A stretch of 48,422 bases of DNA, filler included, from Hydrolagus affinis (taxonomy: Eukaryota): NCBI GenBank assembly GCA_012026655.1. It is 3 parts of 3 records of this genome, joined end to end, with 100 filler letters (N's around TTAATTAATTAA, not from the genome) between each part and the next. Parts side by side here need not be neighbours in the genome. Positions count along the whole stretch, not along the records: positions 37,995 to 48,422 come from JAAILG010025352.1; 2 more parts are not named here. The stretch is one strand, 5' to 3'. This document shows positions 37,895 through 48,200 of the stretch, piece after piece (position 1 is the first letter of the stretch; each line of letters opens with the position of its first letter). A program made the translations under genes and the position numbers. A model generated the notes under the pieces. That model ran no database searches. It was given only the letters and a program-made list of their open reading frames with translations, and had not been told where the DNA came from.

Positions 37895-37994
37895 NNNNNN
37901 NNNNNNNNNNNNNNNNNNNNNNNNNNNNNNNNNNNNNNTTAATTAATTAANNNNNNNNNNNNNNNNNNNNNNNNNNNNNNNNNNNNNNNNNNNN
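37895..37994. other. Assembly gap with artificial linker (44 N + TTAATTAATTAA + 44 N)
   Basis: Same structure as 26590-26689. Confidence 0.97.
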
Positions 37995-38153
37995 TCTGTG
38001 CTGATGCTCTCTCTACCCCACACTCCCACTGTAGCTCTCTAATCTATCTCTATGCCCTGCGAAAAATATATATTTTAAAATGAAAGCGGTTCAGTTGCGA
38101 TGATCTCTCTCTCGTTCGACGTTCCTTGTCCAAAAATCTTCGCTGTTTCAGAA

Positions 38154-38180
38154 TTAGTCAAATCGCTTCCCGGAAAGAGA
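38154..38180 (-). CDS. TRBC: TCR beta constant gene, cytoplasmic exon SLSGKRFD*
   Basis: Polypyrimidine tract plus ttag acceptor, phase 0, shark-type KRFD end. Confidence 0.85.
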   Translation of the reverse strand, partial: SLSGKRFD

Positions 38181-38313
38181 CTAAGGGGGAGGAAAAAAAA
38201 CCAGTGAAAATCTAATTTAGTTTTAAATTCACACAATGACTTGCGCTCACACCACACATACGTCTCAGAGCTTCACAACAACACACACTCAAGTCAAAAT
38301 ATGTTGTTCCTAC

Positions 38314-38420
38314 CTTGGTTTTCCATGCAATGAACGATATGATAACCCCATAGAGGACACTTTTACACAGCAGGATTAGATATGTTAATTTTCCAACCAC
38401 CATGCTCTCCTGTATCTCAT
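38314..38420 (-). CDS. TRBC: TCR beta constant gene, TM exon
   Basis: DEIQESMVVGKLTYLILLCKSVLYGVIISFIAWKTK with the TCR CART motif (Y...K..LY) and intramembrane Lys. Confidence 0.93.
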
Positions 38421-38457
38421 CTAAAAACAACAGAAACAAGTTAATGAATCTATCCCT

Positions 38458-38903
38458 GTCTCTGCAAGTCTCTATCCATCTCCCTCTCACACCTCAATCC
38501 ATCTTGACTCCCCCAAGTCTCTAACCATCTCCCTCTCATGCCTTGATGCATCCCCTGACTCCTTCGAGTCTCCACCCATCTCCCTTTCAATCCATCCATT
38601 GATTCCCCCAAGTCTATCCATCTCGCTGTCGCATCTCAATCCATCCCCTGACTTCCCTCAAGTCTCTATCCATTTCCCTCTCGTACCTCAATCCATCCCT
38701 TGACTCCCCCAAATCTCCATCTATTTCCCTTTCACACCTCAATCCTTTCCCTGACTCCCCTCAAGTTTCTATGCATCTCCTTCTCGCACCTCAATCCTTC
38801 CCCTGACTCTCCAAAGTCTCTATCTGTCTCCCTCTCACACCTCAACCCGCCCACTACTCCTCAAGCTTCACCTATCGCCCTCTCTTAACTCAATCCATCC
38901 CCT
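38458..38903. repeat. ~50-bp minisatellite, about 9 copies, in the C-beta intron
   Basis: Unit ~GTCTCTATCCATCTCCCTCTCACACCTCAATCCATCCCCTGACTCCCCCAA. Confidence 0.85.
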
Positions 38904-38942
38904 TATGTATCTAGGACACTGTATTTGGTCTGTCCCACTCAC

Positions 38943-38966
38943 CTTTTGTCATGGAGTAACAGATTT
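38943..38966 (-). CDS. TRBC: TCR beta constant gene, connecting-peptide mini-exon EICYSMTK (interchain Cys)
   Basis: 24 nt, strong acceptor ccccctctag and AAAG|gtgagt donor, phase 1-1. Confidence 0.88.
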
Positions 38967-39429
38967 CTAGAGGGGGAACAAATGAAAAAAATCATTACAT
39001 TTTACTGTATAATAATATAATAATAATATTAATCCTTGCATTTGATATAGTGTTTTTCACATCTTCTAGACGTCTCAAAGTGCTTCACAGAATATACTGT
39101 AAGGTGAAGTGACTGTATATTTGTGAGCGAAATGCAGCAGCCAATTGTGCACAGCAGTGTCTCCACGTGGATTGAAATAACCAATTTATTATTTTTCTTG
39201 AGGGATTATTATTGGACGTGTGGGTAAGGAAACTTTCCCAAGGTTTCGTCCTGCCTGGAGCAATGTTCAGTGAATGAGCATCCACAGCTTTCTGGGGGGT
39301 AGAGAATTCCATAAATTCACTGGGTGAAGAAACGTTTTCTCAACGCAGTTCGAAAAGGCTGAGCTTTCATCCAGACACTATGACCCTAAGTTTTAGATTC
39401 TCCAACCGAGGGAAAGAGTCTCACAACAT

Positions 39430-39640
39430 GTACCCTGTCAAGGCCGGTTTGAAGACTTTCCTCTTCGACCGTGCCTTTTGTTCCCCCCCCACCCCGAATT
39501 CTTCGACCTCCCCTTCGTGTTTCACCCCCTCCCAAACACTCCCCTCCCAGCTCGGGTCACGCGCCTCCTGTACAGCGCCTTGGGACGTCCTCCCGACGTG
39601 AAAGGCGCTCTATAAGTGTAATTTGTTGTTGTTGTTGTTG
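39430..39640 (+). mobile_element. L2 LINE 3' end
   Basis: Near-identical to 14390-14584, with a (TTG)n tail. Confidence 0.85.
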
Positions 39641-39797
39641 TCAAGCTCCTTGAGGATCTTATAGGTTACCAAAATATACACTTGGCTAAATAGTGATGTA
39701 GGATTTTGTGTGAATCAGATGCCTGACTGATCATGTTGTTGGTTTTCGATGTGGGTCAGACAATGATACATACACACACATATATACATATATTTAC

Positions 39798-40002
39798 CTC
39801 CAGTTACTTTCAAATTTTTCGAAAACGTCTCTATAATTTCTCCAATCTGGACATGGTTGACATGGCAGGCTACAGTTTTGGCCAATGACCAGTGATGTAC
39901 AGAGAGACGAAGGCGGCTGGTCACAGAATACAAACGATCCTTTTCTTTCTCCACAGATTTTGAGTCTGTCTGGATTATTCTGTCGCTCTCCTGTGGATTA
40001 AC
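39798..40002 (-). CDS. TRBC: TCR beta C domain, second half-exon (VNPQ...YSVTSRLRL...VACHVNH...KVTG)
   Basis: tttcacag acceptor, phase 0; GGAG|gtaaat donor, phase 1; 205 nt. Confidence 0.9.
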
Positions 40003-40059
40003 CTGTGAAAACGAGGCACATTCGGAAATGTCTCGGACCATTTCAGGGGGCAGTCAGTA

Positions 40060-40495
40060 AAAATGCACAGGCAGACTGGTAAAACGGGCAGACATGTGGC
40101 AGATGAAGTTCAACGTGGATTGAAATGTGCAGTGATGCACTTTGGAAGGAAGCATAAGGAGGGGCAGTGTAAGATAAATGGAAGAATCTTAAAAGGAGGT
40201 GAAGGAACAGAGGGACCTCGGGAGTTCATGTAACTAAATCTTTGAAGGTGGCAGGACAGGTAGACAAAGCTGTTACAAAAGCTTATGGCTTGTTAGGCTT
40301 CATGAATTGGGTCCCGGAATGCAAAAGCCAGGAAGTTTGGATGAACCTCGATAAAACACCGCTTACTCTTATTCATTTCTGGGCCCCGTACCATAGTCAA
40401 GGCATTGGAGAGCGTGCAAGGGAGATTGACTAGTATGGTCAATAAATGAGGGACTTTAGTTATCAGGAGAGGCAAGAGAGGTTTTCATCCTTGGA
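40060..40495 (+). mobile_element. CR1 LINE fragment inside the intron that splits the C-beta domain
   Basis: TGGCAGATGAAGTTCAACGTGG...GACAAAGCTGTTAC motifs shared with the CR1 copy at 47000-47290. Confidence 0.75.
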
Positions 40496-40680
40496 GCAGA
40501 TTGAAGTGACCAAATTACTGGTGTTTTTTCTTTTGAGGGATTATTATTAGGCACTATTATTAGTGTGCATTTGTGTGTGTGTGTGTATCTCGCTTGCAAG
40601 TTGAGTGCTCCAATCAATGAGCTGATGTCCTCCAAATGTGCTGATCTATTGAATTGTTTAACACTCTGCGAGAGACTTAC

Positions 40681-40832
40681 CAGCTTATCATTAATTTTCC
40701 ACTCTATCTCAACTGTGTCTGGGAAAAACTCAGAGACAAGACACACATAGGTTCCCCATTTCTCATTCCTCAGCTCCTCCTCCGATGCGTGGTAGAGGAA
40801 GATTTGGGGATCTTTTGGGACTTCATCTTTCT
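40681..40832 (-). CDS. TRBC: TCR beta C domain, first half-exon (KDEVPKDPQIFLY...YVCLVSEFFPDTVEIEWKINDKL)
   Basis: ctctcag acceptor (phase 1, matching the J donors); CTG|gtaagt donor, phase 0; 152 nt. Confidence 0.9.
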
Positions 40833-40839
40833 CTGAGAG

Positions 40840-41390
40840 AGCAACGGGAGAGAAAGAATGAGAGGGGATGACAGGGAGAGTGAGAGAGAGAGAGAGAATG
40901 AAGTAGGGAGAGAATGAGAAAGAATGAAAATGAAAGACAGAAAGAGAATGAGAGAGAAATAGAAAAGTGGGGGGCAAGAAGGAGAGAGAATAAGAGAGAC
41001 TGAAGGAGGGAAGTGAGAATGGAATCTCTGTCAGTCCATCTCTGTGTTTCTTTTGATCTCTCTATCTCTTACTCTCTGCCACTCTGTATCTCTCTCCGTC
41101 AATATCTTTCTTTCTCTGTCTCTCTGTCTAATCCACCCTGACCCTCCCTATCTCTCTCTCTCTCTGTCTCTCTTACTGTCTCTTTCTCTCTCTCTATCTC
41201 GCTGTCTCTCTCTGACCTTCTCTGTCTCTGCCCTTGCATCTATCTCCCTACCATTTTCTCTCACAATATATCTGTCTTTCTCTGTCTCTCTGTTTTGCTC
41301 TGTATTTCCGTCTATCTATTTATCTACCGGTATCTTCTTTCTCTCTCTTTTTCTCTCTATATCTCTGTCTATCTATTTGTCTCTGTCTAG
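40840..41390. repeat. GA/CT low-complexity tracts (also at 44390-45150)
   Basis: Composition. Confidence 0.8.
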
Positions 41391-44300
41391 TACGCCAGCT
41401 CCCCCCAACCCCTCACCACCCATTGCCCAATTTCGCAGCAGATAGTCAATGTGAAGGTAATAATACTGAAGAAAATCAGACTTAGAATAGAAAGTATAGA
41501 CATAAAAGCAACAACCCTGGAGGCTTAAGAGACCAAGAAGGGATGTGAGAAATGGTTGACAGGCAACATAGGAAAACATCAATAGATTAGAACCACGTAT
41601 TGAAAACAAAAGAGTAGTTAATGTAAGGTAGAAGTGGAAAGGGAAATCTAGTCATAGAAAATAAGTGTCTGGAAGAGATTTCCAATGAGCGTTTTAGCTC
41701 AGGTTCCCAACAGAAAGCAGTCATTACATTTATATCCCGCGAGAGACAGAGAGATGGACAGACAGAGAGAGGGAGAAGGAGGGATATTGGGCACCAGACT
41801 TTAACGGAGAATATTTAAAAGACTGATACCACAAGAGGAACAACTACAATATGTGCAGAGACTAGAGAGATTGGATGGTTCTACTAACTAGTCTTGTAGC
41901 TCAGTGGTTAGACCTGGGTTCGATTCCAGGCAAGGCAAAACCTTGAGCAAGTTTCCTGACCCCCTAATAAGTATCCCTCAGACCACATTAATAATTTGAT
42001 CACTCAATCTATGACTGTTTGAGTGTATGCTGCTGTGTGCAATGTGTCACCCCCAAAATATGCAGTGAATTCACTCTACAGTATATTCTGTGAAGCATGT
42101 TGAGACATCTAGAAGACTTGAAAAGTTGCTATATCAAATACTCTGACTATTCTGGATTATTATTATCAAAATCCTTCACAATTTTGAACAGCTCTATTAA
42201 ATCTCCCCTCAACCTTTCTCCGCTCTAAAGGAGAAGATTCACAGTCTCTCTTGTCTCCCATAACTGAAGTCCATCAACTCTCAATTTAAGATACTTAGTA
42301 AAAAAGAGCAAGTTGGGTAGTTTAGGAGAATTTTGTGTACACAGCATGGTTAGGATATGGAATATCCTGGCAGGAGAAGTGCTGGTGACAGAATTCATAT
42401 CGTCGTTTGAGAGAGAACTAGACATGACAAAGGTGCGGGGAAAGGGTAGGTGAGTGGGACTGAAAGGATTGTTCTTGAGGGACTCAGGGAGAGCAGACAC
42501 AATGGACCAATGATTTCCTTCTAGGAACATAGGAGAATAGGAACAGATGGAGGCCATTCAGCCCTTAGAGCCTCTTCTGCCATTTCATTAGATCATGGCT
42601 AATCCTACTAATCCTTTCAATTCCAATTTCCCGCTTTCTTTCCCAGTATCACCCTGATCCACCAAACACCCATCAACCTCACTCTTTGAAGGTGTGGATG
42701 GATCCAGCATGCAAAATGACCTTTTGGGGGAGAGAATTCCAGATTTCTACCAAACCTTTGAGTGAAAAAAATGCTCACACTTAAATGGCCTGGTTCCAAT
42801 GTTAAGACTGGGCCCCCTTGTTGTGGATTCTCCCACCAGAGAAAGTAGCTTCTCTGTATCTTCCCTATCAAATCCCTTTGTCATCTTAAATATCCCAATC
42901 AAACCACACCTCAACTTCTCAATCTCTCGGTCACATTCTGGTGAACCTGGGCTGCCCTCCCTCCAGGGCCAATATATCTTGGGCAAGTCTCCTTGCTCCA
43001 CAATCCTGATAATAATCCATCCAAAAAAACAAAACACAATAATAAAAATTGCTCACTTCAATCCACGCCTGTTTGTAGGAAACTGCCTTGTGCAATTGGC
43101 TGCCACATTTCGCCCACAAATATACAATCAATTCACGTTACAGTATATTCCATGAAGCGCTTTGAGACATTGATAAGATGTGAAAAGCATCTATATCAAC
43201 TGCAAGGATTATCATTATTAGTAGTAACTTTCCCAACTGAATGCAGTCTCCAGATGGGGTCTGACTAACACTCTACACAGCTGAAACACCATTTCTTCCC
43301 CTTCGGAGACATAACATTTCTATTCTACGACTCGGTTTCTAACTCAAGGTTCATAGTTTTAATTCAGAAATTGGACACCTGGATACTAACCCTCACCAAA
43401 CTCCGTACCTCCATCACACTGGACCTTGCCAGGCCAAACTGGCTCCCAATTTCCAAACAGATCGACTTCAAGATCCTCTCATCTGTTTTCAAGTCGCTTC
43501 AGGCTCCCTGTCTCCCCAGTTTACTTTCCCCCTCACTCCACCACCCCCTGCCCCTAGAGACACGTCTCAAAGCGCTTCACAGAATATACTGAAAACAACA
43601 ACAAGATTATACTTGTATAGCGGCTTTCACCTTGGGAGGACTTCCCAAGGCGCTGGACAGTCTGTGTTTCGCTCAGTGTAAAGTGAATTCACGGTATATT
43701 TGTGGGCGAAACACGGCAGCCAATTGCACACAGTATTTGTCCCACAAACAGTCATGGATTGAAATGACCAATTTATTATTGTTTCTTTTTTTTTTGAGGG
43801 ATTATTATTGGACGTGTGGAATAAGGGAACTTGCTCTCCCTTGCTTCTCGCTTGTAAGGCGAGTGCTCTAATCACTGAGCTGCAGGACTCAAATTCCTCT
43901 CTGTGTTTCAACCTCTGAAGCCAGGACCAAATTTATTTCAGATTATCCCTCCATCTTGCCAACTCGCTGCTCTGTTCGTTCCGTATCTCCATTTCTAACA
44001 CTGGGACCAATTTTGTCAGCTGCAGTCCCACTATAAGTCTGTCTGTAAATCTGGGTCCAGTTCAAAACCATCTCAAACGAACGAGAATAAATTGGTCATT
44101 TTCGATCCACGACTGTTTGTGGGGACATTGGCTGCCATGTTTCACCCACAAATAAACAGTCAATTCGCTTTACGAAGCACTATATCAAACACAAAGATTT
44201 TTATTCTTATTTTTATTATTATTATCTCACCAAACCCCTCAGCTGTTCCTTCCACGTTTCTGACCCCCAAAGCAAGGACCAATTTCAGAGCAGGAATAGA

Positions 44301-45181
44301 CCTCTCTCTCACCCATTTCCCTGTACTCTTTCTTATGTATCTGCATTTTTTTTTATCATTGCTGTATCTCATACTCACAGTCTGCCTTACAGAGAGAGAG
44401 GAAAATTGAGAGACAAATAAAGAGGGCGAGAAACTCAGAGGTAGAGACTGAAATGGGGGCAGAAAGAGATTAGGAGAGAGAAACGGAGGGAGGGAGACTT
44501 AGAGAATTAGACAAAGGGACTGAGAGAAAGACTGAGACAGAGAGAGAGATAAAGAAAGAAACTGAGACAAAGTGAGGAAATAGACAGAGAGATACTGACA
44601 GACAGGGCAGAGTGGCTGAGAGGATTAGAAATGGAGATGGAGAGAGACTGCGAGACTTTGTGAAGCAGAGAGACAGACAGACAGAGAGAGAGACTGAGAG
44701 ACTGAACGAGAGATTGAGAACGGCAGAGACACGGCAGAGACATGGAAACTGAGACACAGAGAGAGTAGATTCTCAATTTTTAAATTATAATTGGGTCATT
44801 CAATGTACGGCTGTTTGTGAAACTCTGCTGTGCGCAATGGGGTGCCACATTTTGTCCACAGTATACACAAGCAATTCATTTTACTGTATATTCTTTGAAC
44901 CGTGTTGAAGACGTGATAAGGCGTGATATGAAAAGCAAGGATTATTATTATGTCTAGACTTTCTGAGACTGAGAGGGACAGAGAGAGACCGAGACAAAGC
45001 AAGACAAGCAAAATAAGAAGAGATGTGGATAGACTGAGAGACATGGAGACTCAGACAATGAAAAACTAGACACTGAGAGTTACACACAAACAGACAGTGA
45101 GAGGCTGACAGAGAGACAATTAGAGATATGGACTGAGACATTAATGCTCAGTTTGAATCAGATAAATAAACTCAACCTTAA

Positions 45182-45227
45182 CAATAACAATTAATTTTGT
45201 TCCATTTCAAAAGTAGTTTACATCAGA
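45182..45227 (-). pseudogene. TRBJ: Pseudo J-beta (SDVNYF*NGTKLIVI)
   Basis: TGA in place of the first Gly of FGxG, donor mutated to G|ttaag, no recognisable nonamer. Confidence 0.7.
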
Positions 45228-45287
45228 GGAGCGCAGAGACAGACAACTGCAGCAGGGAAAGAGGTAGACAGAGAGGAGTGCGGAGAG

Positions 45288-45453
45288 NNNNNNNNNNNNN
45301 NNNNNNNNNNNNNNNNNNNNNNNNNNNNNNNNNNNNNNNNNNNNNNNNNNNNNNNNNNNNNNNNNNNNNNNNNNNNNNNNNNNNNNNNNNNNNNNNNNNN
45401 NNNNNNNNNNNNNNNNNNNNNNNNNNNNNNNNNNNNNNNNNNNNNNNNNNNNN
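45288..45453. other. Assembly gap, 166 N, no linker
   Basis: N run. Confidence 0.98.
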
Positions 45454-45819
45454 GTGGGTTACAATTACAGTAGAGAAAGAGGGGGTGAGGGAGACCCGGA
45501 GAAAGAGAAACTTGGGAGAAAGAGACACAGACAGACGGATGGATGGACAGACAGACAGACAGACAAAAGGACAGACGGACAGACGGACGGACGGACAGAT
45601 TGACAGGCAGCCGGAGAAAGAGGGAGACTGAGACAGAGAGAGAGAGACTGGGTTTGGGGGTGGAGGAGCAAGCGAGAGAGAGAGGGAGAGAAGAGTAATG
45701 GGATTAGAACGGAGAGCTCTAGTGTGGGAGAGAGCGAGCAGACACGAAGGCAGGACAGCAGGGGTTGGGATTTAGAGGAGAAAACCTTATCAAAGATTGA
45801 AAAATGTATTTTAACTCAC

Positions 45820-45865
45820 TGTAAACGGTCAGTTTTGTGCCTCCACCGAAGTACGCAGGATTGTA
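45820..45865 (-). CDS. TRBJ: TCR beta J segment, YNPAYFGGGTKLTVY
   Basis: FGGGT motif, A|gtgagt phase-1 donor, heptamer TGCTGTG at 45866-45872; nonamer weak. Confidence 0.88.
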
Positions 45866-46012
45866 CACAGCAAGCAATATCTGACACATATCTCACAGCT
45901 GAGAGAGAGTGGAACATAGAGAGAGGGGGTGACAGGGACAGAGAGGGGGTGAAATACAGACAAGGACGCAGAGAGAGAAAGAGACAGACCCTGACATCTA
46001 ATCAATACTTAC

Positions 46013-46060
46013 TCAGGACTCTCAGTTTGGTTCCACCTCCGAAGTAGGCAATGGAGTTTG
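46013..46060 (-). CDS. TRBJ: TCR beta J segment, NSIAYFGGGTKLRVL
   Basis: FGGGT motif, A|gtaagt donor; 12-RSS TGTTTTCGT-12-TGGTGTG at 46061-46088. Confidence 0.92.
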
Positions 46061-46674
46061 CACACCATGTCAACGACTGACGAAAACACTCCCCGTCTCT
46101 TCTCTCCCCCATCGCTCGCTCGCTCGCTCGCTCTCCCTCCTCTTTCCCTCTGGCTCTCCTTCTATCTCACTCCTTTTCTCTGCCTCTCTCACTCCAGGTC
46201 TTCACACAACTGTTGAGGAGTCGCGTAGCTTAAATGGTTTAGACCGCTTGCCTTGAAAGCCAGAGGACCTGGATTCGATTCCCATCCAGTGCAAGTGCGT
46301 CACGCACAAAATATACATTTAATTCACATTACAGTAGATTCTGTAAAGTACTTTGAGACTCTAGAAGATGTGATAAGACCCTATATCAAATCCAAGGATT
46401 ATTTTCACTGTTGTTTCCATCCTCGCTCTCCTTTCCCCATTTTCCCTATGCCTCCTATTCACCGAATCTCTGTCATTGTGTCTCCTGCTGTCTCCTCTGT
46501 TGATTTTTCTCCTCATTCCCTGTATTGTTCTCTTCCAAAACGTCCCTACCTCTTACTCCGACCATCTCTCCTCTCTCTCTCTCTCTCTCTCGTGCTCTAC
46601 AACTAATTCTAACGAGAAGTTTACCTGTAAATGCCACCTGTGTTCGACCTAACTCAGACTCCCCTCCCACCCCT

Positions 46675-46713
46675 AGTTTTTGTACAGCTGTCAGTGAGAG
46701 ATGTATCACAGTG
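46675..46713 (-). promoter_or_regulatory. 3' D-beta 23-RSS (CACTGTG-23-ACAAAAACT)
   Basis: Exact 23-nt spacer and near-consensus nonamer. Confidence 0.95.
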
Positions 46714-46728
46714 GCTCCCTGTTGTCCC
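46714..46728 (-). CDS. TRBD: TCR beta D segment GGGACAACAGGGAGC (open in all three frames)
   Basis: Flanked by a 12-RSS and a 23-RSS; begins GGGACA like other vertebrate D-beta segments. Confidence 0.95.
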
Positions 46729-46756
46729 CACAATGTGAAACACTCGTTCAAAAACA
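46729..46756 (-). promoter_or_regulatory. 5' D-beta 12-RSS (TGTTTTTGA-12-CATTGTG)
   Basis: Exact 12-nt spacer. Confidence 0.95.
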
Positions 46757-46860
46757 CCCAGCGACAAAAGAGAGGGAGGGTGACAGAAAGTCCACAAAAC
46801 ACCCCTCCCCAACCCACACTCCCCCCATTCACATGGCAACAATAGATATAAACCGATAGG

Positions 46861-46990
46861 TGTCAGTGTTGTACAGAGGAGTCAGTGTAAATACCAGACT
46901 ACATAGAGGTACCAGTGTTAGCATCAGTACATATAGCGATGTCTGTGTTAATATCAGACTATATAGAGGTGTCACTCTTAATATCAGACT
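46861..46990. repeat. 30-bp tandem repeat (~GTCAGTGTTAATATCAGACTATATAGAGGT), resuming at ~48215-48270
   Basis: Exact 30-nt period over about 4 copies. Confidence 0.85.
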
Positions 46991-46994
46991 AATA

Positions 46995-48200
46995 TCAGAT
47001 GTAGACAGAATGGTAAAATGGGCAGACACATGGCAGATGAAATTTAATGTGGAGAAATGTGAGGTGATGCATTTTGGGAGGAGAAATTAGGGGAGGCAAT
47101 ATAGGCTAGGTAGTACTTAGTAATTTAAATAATTAGTAATTTTAAGGGGTGCGAAGGAACAGAGAGATCCGGGGGTTTGTGCAAGTGGTTCTTTGAAGGT
47201 GGCAGGACAGGTAGACAAGGCTGTTAAAAAAGCATACGGGACACTAGCCTTTATAAATAGAGGAATAGAGTACAAAAGGCAAGAAGTCAACAACAAAATT
47301 ACATTTCTAGAGCGCCTTTCACATCGGGAGGACGTCACAAGTTGCTGAACAGTTAGGTAGGGACCCAAGCAGGGGGGCAGGGGTCGGGGTGGGGGGAAGG
47401 AGAGTAGGAGAGGGGGGAGAGTTAGGAGGGGTTAGGGTTAGGGTTAGAGGTAAGGAGAGTAGGAGAGGGGGGAGAGTTAGAAAGGGAGCAGAAGGCACAG
47501 TCGACAAGGAAAGTCTTGAGACCGGCCTTAAAGGAGGAAAGGGAGGAAGTGAGGCAAAGGGATTGCGGGATGGAGTTCCTGAGTGTAGGAGCAGAGAGGC
47601 TGAAAGCCCGGCCGCTGATGGTAGGGTGGTTTGGGTGGGGGACATGGAGCAGAGCCCGCTGAATGGAGGGGATGGGGAGACAGCGGGTTGGAGAGATAGG
47701 CGGGGCAAGGCCGTGAATGGGCTTGAAAGTGAGGATGAGGATCTTGAATTCGATCCTCTGGGGAGATGGGGAGCCAGTGGAGATGGGCGAGGGTGGGAGT
47801 GATGGTTACCACACTTTAGGAAGGATGTTAAGGAATTGGAAAGGGTGCAGAGGAGATTTACCAGGATGGCACCATGAAGGACTTCTGCTATGAGGAAAGG
47901 CTAGAGAGGCTAGGCTTATTCTCATTGGAGCAGAGAAGGTTACGAGGAGACCTGATAGAGGTTTCTAAGATCATGAGGGGATTCAATAGGGTAAACAGGG
48001 AAAAACTGTTTCCACTGGTGGGTGCATCAGTGATTCGTGGTCACAGATTTAAAATAGTTTAAAAAAAAGTAGCGGGGAGGTCGACATTTATTTGGGAAGG
48101 ATGGTATGGGGAGAGAACTGGGGAGTGGGATTGAATTTTGCAAAAAGTCGGCACAGACTCGATGGCCCAAATGGCCTCCTTTTGTGCCGTAAGATTCTAT
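46995..48200 (+). mobile_element. CR1 LINE fragments interrupted by a minus-strand L2 3' fragment (~47290-47790)
   Basis: WADTWQMKFNVEKCEVMHFG and ERLERLGLFSLEQRRLRGDLIEV (CR1 RT C-terminus) flank an L2 LHWLPI-type segment. Confidence 0.85.

Noticed and set aside
41044-41445. ORFs rich in S/L or R/E in the GA/CT tracts (also 44470-45141)
   Set aside because: Low-complexity repeat translations
43908-43931. FGPG-encoding stretch as another J segment
   Set aside because: Followed by FRG then a stop; no T-x-L-x-V, no donor and no RSS
47428-47449. Three TTAGGG-like units as an interstitial telomere
   Set aside because: Too short and embedded in an L2 3' region
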